Below, one piece after another: positions 36,446 through 49,048 of a stretch of 64,000 nt of DNA (position 1 is the first letter of the stretch; each line of letters opens with the position of its first letter). Source of the stretch: Takakia lepidozioides (lineage: Eukaryota; Plantae; Bryophyta); the NCBI GenBank assembly GCA_030704615.1, contig CM060734.1:24490001-24554000 (forward strand). The letters run 5' to 3'. The notes below the pieces were generated by a model, which was not told the DNA's origin, ran no database searches, and worked only from the letters and a program-made list of their open reading frames with translations. The position numbers and the translations under genes are program-made.

Positions 36446-39400
36446 GGCCGCTCAATGGCACAATGAACGTTTCGAGCATGTTGTCAGAAAACTAGACGGG
36501 CAAAAACCCAATTCAGCAGCCTCACCTTGCGTGGATACTTGGGAATTGATGCCAGAAGGGCATGCCCGTATGCGCGCTCCATCGTGCCTCCATCCAGCAC
36601 ATTCTGTAAATGTTGAATGACCAAGACCCCGATGTCACACCCTTATGAGAAGCCACTACGTGCGCTCACAGTATACGAAAGCCTTACCGTGTCAGGATTC
36701 GCATTCCCACGCCCGCCATGTCCAACGCAACACTTGCATCCCTGTCTCTGCCAGGTGGAGGCAGCACGTATTAAAATATCTATTCCCCCAAGGCCACATT
36801 TTGTTTACCTCTTTTTGTGATAGCCACGTCAGCAAATATGTTGCCGAATCACGGGTGCAATGAATGCGCAATGGTTCATGGAGTCGTTGAGTCGACTACA
36901 TATTCACTTTAATGAATAAGTATCTTTATTCCATTAATCGAATGAGGAATGAAAATTTGTAGTCGCATGTGCAGTAATTACAACCACTTGTAATTTCGGT
37001 TTTTTCAAATTTTATGTATTTACGTAATTCGTTAAATAGCCCGGAATTATGCTACGACTCCGGAGTCATTGACCCCACTTCCATCCGCCGTCCAAAATGC
37101 CCCCGTGGGCCCACATTGTCTGTTTCGACTCTCCAGTAGTCCCGTTTACTACCAAGTGGTTCCCGGAGTGGTGGCGGACATGCAGTCGATTCGGAAAAGA
37201 CACGAATGCTTCTAGTGTGCAAACAAGCTAGTTAGTGCAGCAAGGTCTTCCTCGACGGCTTTCTCTACCCTCTCAAACCAAAGACGATCTTCATCACTAA
37301 CTTCACAAAGCAGGTCATCTACCTCTTGCGATAATTCAATCTACCTCTCTAACTCTGCTGCTCGTTGTCTATCCTCAAAGTACTCAGGCCTAGGATCCAC
37401 GAAATTGTCAAAATTGTAATACTCCGGGTCACAACTATCTAACGAACTATTAGACCTCTCGGGACTCGGCGACCAAGCCTCCGCTTCTACCAGGTTAGCA
37501 TAATCACTAGCACTAGGAGAGCTTAAAAGAACAACAAGATCTGGATTATGAGTGTTGGGTTCAGGCAGTGGCGACGCTGGCAAGGCAACAATGCCAGACA
37601 ATGCGCTATTAGTAGGGTTAGCAACAACAAGATTATTAGCCGAAGGGATTGTAGCAACAGGGTTAGTCTCAACAGCAGGATTAGCCTCAATCGCAAACAC
37701 TACACTAATATGCAAAAAGAGACTCTCTCCCTCTCTGCGAGCTACACAAGCAAAGTCACGTACTGCAGCCATCTCCTGCAAACACAGCACAACGCGCAGA
37801 GTAAGAAAGCAAGATCACGGCAGCAGGAGAAAATGCGGCATGGTGACTAGCCGCCATCATAAGACTGATTAGCGAAGAACTATGAGCAGAAATTAGTACA
37901 GATCCCTCAAAAGACCTAACTGAGCCTGTCAGAGTGGGCAAGAACCACCAAACGTCTATACGCTACCAACCGCCTCCACCACAAAGCGAGCGTGAAGTAT
38001 ATGCTCATTTCATCTCAAGAACCAACTTTTCACAAGAAAGGGGCAAGCAAGAAGAGACGAACGATGTGCGAGAAGAGGATCAACACAGGAATCTGACACA
38101 AAAGAACTCTCATCCACTGCCTATTCACAAGCTTCACATGTACAGTAAAACCCGAGTACACCGCCCCTGACCTGTGTCAGGGCACCATCTTTATACAAAA
38201 AAGCCCTAGCCCTTGCTGCATGCCGCGTGTAACAGGCCAAGCCTGTGGCGTTGGATTGCAGCCATAGATCAGATGGATGGCTTAGATGATGCCATCTAGC
38301 TAACTAACCCCTAAACTAACCATGAGTGTAACCGTTTAACGGTACTTAAGCCAAAAAATAATAATACGGATGAATGAGTATCGCCGCATGGATGAATTAG
38401 GAAACTTCTAGCTAGGAGAGAATGGGCCTTCATAGTGTGCCGAGCAAATGATATGGTGAAAATCAATATATGAATCGAGACGTTTGTTTTGTTTTGTTTT
38501 GTAGATTTGAGATGTCCCCAACCGCGAGGCCCCAGCCCTGGTGCTTGGTACTGCTGAAAAGCCCTCGACGAGGAGGGGTGCACGGGCTTGGTCTCATGAT
38601 TTTTGGACCTGCGGTGTGGGAGATGTGGAATTTCAAGTACTTTGGGTCGCTGGAAATTCCCGAAAAATAGCAAAGTGGGCATTCCTGGGACAATGGTTGG
38701 AGCCTCGACAGGAGAGATATAAAGGGAAAGGTCTCCGGTTCAAATCTGGTCATAGGCTCTGTGGGAAAAAAATGATGAGATACGGCTAACACGAATTTCA
38801 AGTATGTAGAGGTCGCACTTCGGCCTCTACATAGGAGACAAACTTGGACACACTTGGATTACACTTGGGCTTAGATGACAGTGGACATTTGGGCCTCTAC
38901 ACGGGAAATGCACTTGGATACATAGAAGATTGCACTTGGGCTTAGATGGGCCTTGACATATGAGACGCATTGGGACACATAGGAAACAACAACGCAATGG
39001 CGTGAGCCTTGCGCGTGAGCGCGCGAGCGTACGCTCACGCAGGAGTGACGTGGCGTGAGCGTGCACCCACGTTGATGTGGCGTGAGTGTGATGTAAGCAG
39101 GCTGATGTGGCGACAAATTCTGACGTGGCACTGCGCCGTCATCTGCCACGTCAGCATGAACATGCACCGCCTATAACCGAGGATGGTCCTATGACCGTGG
39201 GAATAATGAAGGGAATCCTTGGCTGAATACAATCAAGACTACCATGAGGCCTACAATTGCAGCATCCAACATTGTGCAATTACAAATGTTTGTTTCACTT
39301 TTATAATTACAAGGGTTTGAAAATATCCTCACAAAGTGTGCGCCATAGAGGCTGCAACAGGAAGACCTTGCTCCCTCCCCAAATAACAATGAGAGTTAGG

Positions 39401-39664
39401 ATCATCTTCAAAAGATGGTTGCAGTGCATAGCGACAGGAAGACATGTAGACTTCGAACGGTGCAATGATGAATGTGCTTTTAAAAGTTGCCACTCAGAGC
39501 TCACTCAGTATAGTTGGAAGGATAATGGAGGGATAAGGGACGCCATATCATTGCACCGCCGACGATGTTGCAAACGAATTGATTTGAATTGAATTTCCAT
39601 GACAATGTTGCAAATTGCACATTTCATAGCATGATCGTCCATATACCACATGGCATAGTTGATG

Positions 39665-42600
39665 CTACCTATGTGTTGTATCCCACTGCAATAGAGTATC
39701 GACCTCTTTGAAACTCAGAGTGGCCTGGTGAACGAAGTTGTCACGTTTGGGATCGCAAACCATCCTCTTAAAAAATATGAAATACAAATGTTTGCAGGGT
39801 ATAAATTTACCTCTCTTACCCAAACTGGTTGATAGCATATTCACAAAATCAGGACATGTGCAATTGGGAAAATTGGAAACCGTGATGTCGTAGGCCCTGT
39901 CAAGAACAGCAGATGTCGAAGTGATCATTGTGTACACCCGACCATATCCTGGATCGGGCACTTCCGTGGTGCTTGCAACACGAGCTTGGAGCATTCTTGC
40001 GGACTCCACTTTGCCGAAGTGTTCAGCGGTTGGAGGGAAACGCCGAACCAGCTTTCCATCTTGTTTGATTGGCCACAAGTGAGGATTTGCCGGGGGGACC
40101 CGAGAGGATGCAGAAGTAGAAACACATGTATGCAGTAGGGGTTGTCTTACAAGGGAAAAACCTGCCTCCTCCAGCATTGCAATCTCCTGACTTGTGAGAT
40201 GTGTTCCCACCTTGACGGGCCAAACGGTTGGAGGAGCTGGCTTCATCACCACGGAAAGACGCACAGTTCCATGCACACATCTATCACAATCGTCTGCGCA
40301 GAACCAGAACTTGTGGTTCTTTGCTTCTGGTTGGCCGTATGGACGCATCAAACCCGTGAAAGTCGGAGCAGGAGTCCGGGCACTGCCTCTGGATATAGAT
40401 GAAGTGCACTTCTCGAAATTAGTTGCCCTGATCGCTGTACATTTCACACAAGACCCTGCACTTGTGCGTTCAATGTGCCAAACGTGGTCGGGGCATGCGG
40501 ACTCCAGCACATCAAGGGGGTAGTTTCTCTCTTGCACCAGTTCAGTGGCACTGTTAGATGCTGGAGCCTACCGTCGAGTCGGAGGTTCCTCCATAATGGA
40601 GGTTCCGGACATGGATCTGTCATGCAGGGAAACACGAGGCTTTGAGAAGTTATCACGGTCTGCCCTGTGCGAATCGGAATCCGAACCAGGTGGGGTGTCC
40701 AATTTCCTCCCCTTCAAGATGTGGAACTCTAGAAACAAGTGGCGTTCCCTGGGCATACATGCTCACCGCCCGTGCTATCTTGATTGGATCCCCAGATCTG
40801 TTTGCAGCACGCAACATCAACTCTTGTTTGTCCGGACCCTTGCCACCAGCCCCTCCTCGCAAGAAATCACGGCATCTGGTTTATTGTTGCAAGGCACGTA
40901 TCAGATCATCTGTTGTTGCCACATACAAATCCCGACCTCGTTTCCCAGACTGTTGCAACCATGCATTGTGCACAGTCTCTGCCAAATTGTAAGATGGCAT
41001 GTCCGCCATTTCCTCAATGGACATGTTCTGCAAAGAGGAGAACCACACTTCATAACAGTGCATAGGGAACAACATAAAGAACGCAAGGAGAGCAAAATTT
41101 GGAAAGTAAATGTATGAATAAAGCTAGCAATACAAGCCTTGCACCATTGTCATGGTTGGTCCCCACTGTCTGTACCGGAAGTGCCAAAATGCCAGCCAAT
41201 CTTCTAATGCTCTCATACTCTCAAGCGATGCAGCTCCAGAAGAGAACCACCAGGCACGAATTGTCTGGAACAAAGCGTCCGCCTCTTTCATTGTTCTAGC
41301 ATCTTTGTACTCTTTGCACAATTTACGGTGTTGTGTCTGCATCTCTGGTTTGATGTCCGACTTTGTATGTTTGTGTCCAATGGAATAGACATGTACGCTC
41401 TCTTCCCGGCATTGGCACTTTTGGGTCGCCTGATCCGAAGACAATTCAAACTGCATTGAAATTCGCCTGAGCACTATCTGCCATAAAACCAGCGAGATTT
41501 GGAGATGGCACCCCATGGCAGCCCATAACATGTACAAGGGAATTCCACATGAGCTTCTGGGATTCCGTATCCTCGGATTGCATGTCACAAACTGCAATTG
41601 TCATAACTCGTTGGTACACTGGATCGTAGACATGACAAGCCATTGTCGTCCAATCTTTCACTCGTTTCACATGATCAAACATAAGAAAACAATTCTGCAG
41701 GTCCCCAGTCTTCTGCATCCGCTTCACAAGGCTAACCCCACTACCCTCCCCAGCAGTCGACATTTTGAAAATAAAAACTTTGATGACACCTTGACCTGGA
41801 AAAACATTATCCTGGATGTAGTCGTACATGCTCAGTCGTTTCAATTCCAAAATGTTGTCTATGTAGCCTCTGATCCCAGAGCCCATTCTCAATGCATTGA
41901 TCTGATGCCGAATCTTAGGTGAACTCAACGTGGAGAAATGATCCATGACAACGTCCAATGCTGCACCGTCAAGTTTAGTCCCCACAAAATCCCATTCACT
42001 CAAAATATGGCTTTCCAAGAAGGACTTGCTTGCGCCAAGAGCAATTGCGGATGTTGTTGCGAATGGGGTTCTCTTGTACTCATGTTTAATCAACCTCGAT
42101 ACTGTCTCAACACTCTCCCTGTAATCCCCCTTCGAGACACACAGGATGGTTATGGAAACCGAAATGCACACAAGCTCTTGTCATTGTTTTCAAACGGTGG
42201 ACAACATAGTACATTCTTGCTCTACACAGCGCCAGGCAGGATGGTACTAGTTTGCAGAATTTGCAAACGAAAGTGGTTTCCATTGGAGGAGCAGTCCCAG
42301 GCTTAAATGGATTTTCCGCGAGACCCTCCCACTTGCTTTGATTGTGAACCCCAAACTGAAGAAAGTGCCTGCAATTCAAATTATCACACCTAAGGTGTCC
42401 ATTGCAAACTGTTCTCCTGAAAACAAGCTTGTCCTCATTTTGAATATTGGATGTTTTTGTTTTGCACCATGGGTGCCCATCATGTTTCTTGTCCATTCCA
42501 TGCATCATGCTTGTTATACCTCCAACTCGCGGAGGAGGAGGCAGCTCGAATAGGATATCCCCATCAAAAGTCTTTGGCAGGAACTTCGCAGGCACCTGCT

Positions 42601-43148
42601 TCAAAGCTTCCCAATCAATTCCCCGCAACTCACTTTTGAAACCTCATTCCTCCCATCGCCCGTAGTTTTGGAATGACACTACAAATGTCTTTTTCATCCG
42701 CTTCCACAACTACAGTACAAAGGACTGGAGTTGGAATTTCACTAATGTCATCATCGGACGAATCCGAAAGCTCAACGATTGGAGTTGAGGACGTTTGTTC
42801 TTTTTTCACCACCACCTCCCTTTTGTCTTCAACAACTGAAGCAGCAGTCCCGGGCATCACATATGATCCAAGGGACTTTTGCCGAGGATCTCCAAGTACT
42901 CTGTATCTACCAGGGCGCACTCTCCACTGGCTCACATGAGCCGTCTCATCACGATTTTGAAAAGAGTATTTCAACAACTTTCCGTCCAAATCGTACACCT
43001 CTTTCTCCAAGAAGATGGACCCATTCAAAAGCTCAAACCGGGTAGCTAGGACATGTTCCGTCACAATTGCAAATCCATTGTCAAGTGCTTCTTTGGAGAA
43101 AGGCACTGGTTTGTTGTCAGAATAAAGCTCTGCTTCGGAGGAAGCCAT
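39665..43148 (-). pseudogene. MULE transposase, family B (multiple frameshifts)
   Basis: HDGHPWCKT..VCNGHLRCDNLNC; LMFDHVKR; FMADSAQANF; WLAFWHFRY; YNLAETVH; SWIM CTCPDF...CKH. Confidence 0.88.
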
Positions 43149-43999
43149 GTTACGTCCCCGAGCGGGGGGTTCTCTTTCCTGAGCTGCTCCTTCGCGAAAT
43201 CAGATGATTCAGCTTTGCAACACACTGGTTGTACATGAAATGAGGCGGAAGCACCCGTTCCTTGAAGATTGTGCATATTCTGATATTCCATCTACTCAAT
43301 GTGGGACGGTTCCTGACAAGTCACCGTCAAATTAACGTATGTGACATGCAATCTGTATTGTCTTCTGAGCAATGCTGACAGATAATCCATCTAGTTGTGG
43401 GGGTCGCCCCAAAACAATAAAAACCCGCCGACTTCCTTGAAGACAGCCTGAGGATCCCATGCAGCGATGATGGGAAGAGAATTGAAGTAATTAGTTCATT
43501 TGTCAGGCCATGACTATATCCAGTATGTCTGATCATGTGGATGGTTTCTAGATCATGCAATCCATGGGCCCAGAACTCTCCACGTACGCATATTCTGTTG
43601 AATCCTAAGTAGGCCTCATGGTAAGTACTTTGAGAATTCTCATCCATGACGTCCAATAGTGATATTAATGAAGCCATCACAAAAAAGACACATGTCAATT
43701 TTATGTTTGCACACGCCAACAACCCAAAACAACCGCGCAAAGGAACAGCTGTCCCAATTAGGTTACGCTATTTTCACTGTAACGTACGTTGAAGTATTGG
43801 ACACGCAAGAGGGAATCGAACGGTTCCAGAGACACTTCCAAAACGACGGGACCCCGAAAGAAAGTGAGTCTGTTCATCTTTCTTGTTTCTTAGAGGAAGA
43901 GAGGAAGTCAAGCTGGAGAGGGTTCCTTGTTCGGTTTGGAAGAGGAGGAAATCATTGTATTTTACATCGCTTAGAGAGAGGCTGAGATCAAGAGAGCAA

Positions 44000-46322
44000 A
44001 TGACGAGGCGTCGCATGCAAGATGGTGCAGCGCTTAGGCAGCATGTGAACTTGGAGACAGATCAAGGAGAAGAGCATGTAGGAAGTGAGAGTGAGGTCGC
44101 CGCAGTCGCAGCGACGGCTGGAGCAGTGAGCGTAGGTAACCAGACAGTGCCAGCCGAGTTCATGCACGAAGACAACAGAACAGGAGGAGGAGCAGTGGAT
44201 GCCATACAGGGAGGAAGTCTGCAAACCCTACATCAGACAGAAATGGTGATCATTCAATATCCGCATAATACTGTTATCATTAGTCTTGATGTTTTCCATT
44301 CCATGTGGGATCAATACATTGTTTTTTCTTATGTTCAGACCGATGAAAAAGGGAAGAGGAAAGTTGTAGAGGGCGATCCGAGCGATGCAGCCACGAAGCC
44401 GAAGAAGGCGAAGGGATCCGTATGTTCTCTCAAACGCACTTCTCCCTCTTTACTGATGGTCCCCCGATGTGAGAAAAGCGATGATCGGTGGCGATCATCG
44501 CTTTACAGAAGAATGTAGTTGGTGTCGTATTTCAGCAGATTCAGGAAGGCAGGCAGGCAGGAAAAATAATGTACCAAGGCGAAAGTGATGATCGGTGCCG
44601 ACCATCACCTTCGCCAATGCTTTATTTAAGCAAAGAATGCGATTTTCATTGTGATTCAAGAGTGACAGGGAACTAAAGACGCATCTTGCAATGACGTCGA
44701 AGCGATGATCGGTAACGATCATCGCTTTAAGGTCCATTCCCTTCTTGTTCAGAACAGTTTAGAAATAGCGTGGTCGTTCAGGAAAGTGATGATCGGTGCC
44801 GACCATCACATTCAGCTCCCATTGTTTGTGCATCCCCTGGCACTTACATAGTGATGGTCGGTACCGATCATCACTTTCGGTAATGACTGCATGTTAACCC
44901 AAAATTCTATCTCGCACTGGAAGCCTTTGTAGAATGAAATGCTTTAGGTGGAGAAATGTCCATTCAGATTTGGAATTGGAGTAACAGAAAAGCGATGGTC
45001 GGTGGCGACCATCGCCTCCAAGTCCATTTCCTTGCTCTATATCTCATACAATGAAATGCATAATTCTGCTGTGAAGTGATGATCGGTGCCGACCATCACA
45101 TCCAGACCTCATGGGTTGTGCTTCCCAAGGCAGTCTAATTGTGATGATCGGTACCGACCATCACTGTTTGAACGGTTTGGCAATACACCAGAATCCAAAA
45201 AAGGAGACCAAGTTCAGTGGGTGAAAGAAGGGATTCTGACTAAGAGTGATGATCGGTGCCGACCATCACACTCAGACCTCATGGGGTTCGCTTCCTAATG
45301 CAATCTGATTGTGATGATCGGTACTGATCATCTTTTTTTGAACAGATTGGCAATGCACCAGAATCCAAAAGAGGAGATCAAGTTCAATGAGTGATAGAAG
45401 GGATTCTGACTTATAGTGATGATCGGTGCCGACCATCACATCTAGACCTCGTGGGTGTTTGCATCCCAATGTTGTCTTGTGGTGATTTGCGGTACCGACC
45501 ATCGCTTGCATCATCCTGATGGTCGGCACCGATCGTCGCAGTCTAGTGAGAAATGAGTCAAGGGGTGCATTGGGAAACCAACTAGAATTTCCATTCATTT
45601 GTTAGAAGACAAAGTGATGGTCGGTACCGATCGTCACTGTGTTGAAATGTTTGTTTTCCTGAACACCAGTTGAATGTTGCTGTTTGTGGCGGTTTTGGGT
45701 ATGCAGAAGAATGTAAAGTCCAAGCAGGCAGAAACAGATGCAAAGGGCTCTGGAGAAGGGGACGACTCCACAAAGAGTTCTGAGAACAGCGAAGACACTG
45801 ACGAGCCTGAATTGCACTACCTTGACAAGGTGAAACAACTTATGTCATATCAAAAGGTAAATTCCCAGGAGGTTATGACATGATCGTCTCTGGAGGACGT
45901 CTTGAAATCCCTCTCTGCCGGATGATCTCCATGCCTGTTGTTCGTCCTCCACTTTCGCATGACATTACCAAGTTGGAAACATATTTCGTGCACGGGTATA
46001 GAATGGGTGCACAAGTTTTTTACGTCTCACTGAAGGATACTAATGGTCACAGCACAAAAGTGAGCCCAAAGATTACGGACAACTGGGATGATTGCTGGAA
46101 GGATGTGAATGACGAGTTCGAGGACTCTCTGCTGCTTGGACATAACACCCAGCAGTTTTGCAACCACATGTTCTATGTCTGGGACGGGAACCATCGCTTG
46201 CTAGCTTGGATGGGGTACATTGCGAAACACCATTCAAAAGACAAGGACAAGCATTGTGCTGTGGAGGCAATGGTTCTGGATCCTGGGAACGACATCGCCA
46301 GACTTTTGACAGCTATGCACGG
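44000..46322 (+). pseudogene. ParB/Srx-like gene, family B (5' part; C-terminus lost)
   Basis: IPLCRMISMPVVRP...KLETYFVHGY...FYVWDGNHRLLAW, homologous to family A; introns ~44245-44338 and 44420-45706. Start codon uncertain. Confidence 0.8.
44476..45640. repeat. Family B palindrome array, ~14 copies of GTGATGRTCGGTRCCGAYCATCAC
   Basis: GATGRTCGG at 44480, 44587, 44704, 44788, 44853, 44994, 45078, 45143, 45248, 45313 and 45418, plus degenerate copies up to ~45637. Confidence 0.95.
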
Positions 46323-47276
46323 ATGAGAGGTCTGGGCCTGAATCCAGAGAAGTGTACTTTCTGTGTGAACTCAGGGGTGCTTCTGGGACACATTGTGTGT
46401 AAGAAGGGACTTCTTGTGGATCCCAGGAAGACAGAGGCCATTAAAGCCTCTTCACCACCAGTGAATGTTAAGAATCTAAGGAGATTCCTTGGGCAAACCA
46501 GTTATTACAGAAGATTTGTCAAGAGGTATGCACAAATAGCAGCACCATTGAGCAAACTACTGAAGAAAGATGCAGTGTTTGCCTGGACAGCTGAATGTCA
46601 ACAGGCGTTTGAGGAACTTACACTGTCAGTAACAACTACACCTGTGCTGATTAACCCTCACTGGCATGTAGTATTTCATGTTCACTGCGATGCATCAGGA
46701 GAAGCATTGGGAGCGGTGTTAGCCCAGAATGTTACAGGAAATATAGATTCACCTGTGTACTATGCTAGCCGGTTGATGAACAGTGCTGAAAGGAACTATA
46801 GCACAACGGAAAGAGAAGCATTGGCAATGATCTATGCAGTGAAGAAATTCAGGCATTACCTGTTGGGCAAAAAGTTTATGTTCTATATGGATCACCAGGC
46901 TCTGATATACCTGGTAAACAAACCTCTGATAAGCGGAAGAATAGCAAGATGGTTGATAATCTTGCACGAGTTTGAGTTCGAGGTTGTTTACAAGCCTGGG
47001 AGACTGCATCTAGTGGCGGATCATTTGTCACGGTTATCAACAGGAGAACCAGCCACATGAATAGATGATCAATTACCAGATGCGAGTCTCTTTGCAGTGG
47101 AGGTGCAGGGAAGTGCAGATGACTGGTTAGATTGGCAGTGGCCAATCAGATACTACCTTGCTCATGGTCAGTGCCCACCTAGTTATGGTAAGGAGCAGAG
47201 AAAGAGAATCGCTATCAAAGCTTTACCTTATACTATGGTAGGAAGCAGAATGTATAAGCTAGGACCTGATGGAGTA

Positions 47277-47506
47277 TCAAAACGATGCTTGTACCACCAT
47301 GAAGTAAATAAAGTTTTGGAGGAAGTTCATAAAGGAGTGGCTGGAGGTCATTTTGGAGAAGAGACTACAAGTAGGAAGATACTACTCGCAGTCAAAACGA
47401 TGCTTGTACCACCATGAAGTAAATAAAGTTTTGGAGGAAGTTCATAAAGGAGTGGCTGGAGGTCATTTTGGAGAAGAGACTACAAGTAGGAAGATACTAC
47501 TCGCAG
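47277..47506. repeat. Perfect 115-bp tandem duplication in integrase
   Basis: 47277-47391 equals 47392-47506 and causes a frameshift. Confidence 0.95.
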
Positions 47507-48627
47507 GTTACTGGTGGCCTACTTTGTTCAAAGATGTACACGAGTATTGTCAGAGTTGTGATGAATGTCAGAGGCTAGGACCTTTGTAGAGATCTGGGAG
47601 GATGGCCTTGCATCCTACAATGCCTACGGAACCATTTCAGAAATGGGGACTAGACTTTGTTGGACCAATTAACCCACCAGCCAAGAATACACGGAGCAGG
47701 TACATAATTACAGCCACTGATTATACTACGAAGTGGGTGGAAGCTAAAGCTTGAGGGACAACACAGCCAAGTCCACAGCAAGGTTCCTGTACGAGAACAT
47801 ACTTACACGATTTGGCTGTCCCTTAGAATTTATCAGTGATCAGGGAAGTCACTTCATGAATGAGACCATTGAGTTGTTGACTAAAGAGTTCATGATTGTA
47901 CATAGAAAGAGTACAACATATTACCCACAGGGTAATGGGCAGGCAGAGGCTACCAACAAAATACTATGCACTATCTTGGCTAAGATAGTCAATGCAAACA
48001 GAACGGATTGGGATACAAAGCTGCTGACAGCTTTGTGGTCATACAGGACTTCCTATAAAGTCACCACTAAGTATACACCATTCCAATTAGTTTATGATAT
48101 GGAAGCCTTACTTCCAGTGGAATTCATGTTACCTACCATGAGAACGGAGTGGGGAAAGAGAATGGAATTGCAAGATTCCATTAAGGTCAGGAAACATGAA
48201 TTATACCATGTGGAAGAAGTACGTGCTGATGCAGCTGATAATATGACCAGAATTCAGATGAAGAGGAAGGAACAGTTTGATGAGGGCAAGTTAAAAACTT
48301 TTAAGACGGGAGATTTGGTTTTATGGTTGCAGAAAAAAAGGAAAGATTAAAGCTTCTAAGCTTAAATCACCATGGAAAGGACCTTATGTCATACAAAAGA
48401 TGTATGATAACAACACCGCCATGTTACAAACCATTAACAAAGAAATGCTGGGAAGAGTCAATGCCAATAAGTTGAAGGGGTACAGTGGTATCCATGACAA
48501 ACCATTACAACATGATTTGCATGTTGAAACGCAAGAGCAGTCAAGGGCTGCACCAGTGTTACGAACGGAGTATGGAGCACTTGTCGCTAGGCCGAGCATA
48601 TATGACCAGGGCGGGCAAAACAAGCGT

Positions 48628-49048
48628 GACACAGCCTATCACAGCCCATCAAGGCGGACCATAGCCTATCACAGCCAATCACGACATGACACAGCCTATC
48701 ACAGCCAATCACGACGTGACACAGCCTATCACAGCCCATCAAGGCAAAGCACAGCCTATCACAGCCCATCACGACGTGACACAGCCTATCACAGCCCAGC
48801 ACGGCGTGTCACAGCCTATCACAACTTACCACAGCGTGTCACAGCCTATCACAGCCCATCAAGGCGGACCACAGCCTATCACAGCCCATCAAGGCAAAGC
48901 ACAGCCTATCACAGCCCAGCACGGCGTGTCACAGCCTATCACAGCTTACCACGGCGTGTCACAGCCTATCACAGTTTACCACAGTGCATCACAGCCTATC
49001 ACAGTGTACCCCAGTATGACACAGCCTGTCACAGCTCAACACAGCCTA
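48628..49048. repeat. 30-bp minisatellite (~14 units, ACAGCCTATCACAGC core), in frame as TAYHSxxRxx
   Basis: ACAGCCTATC recurs every 30 bp from 48631 to ~49021. Confidence 0.97.

Larger units (their letters stand above)
38803..46322. mobile_element. MULE family B, partial (transposase, divergent ParB-like gene, intronic palindrome array); left boundary uncertain
   Basis: Same divergent two-gene layout as family A, with similarity evident at the protein level; cut at ~46322 by Gypsy sequence. Confidence 0.75.

Noticed and set aside
37341-37872. 149-aa minus-strand ORF and overlapping plus-strand ORFs
   Set aside because: Low complexity and no domain recognised; cannot support a gene call.
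47277-47506. 115-bp perfect duplication as a functional feature
   Set aside because: It breaks the integrase frame; likely a recent slippage or an assembly artefact.
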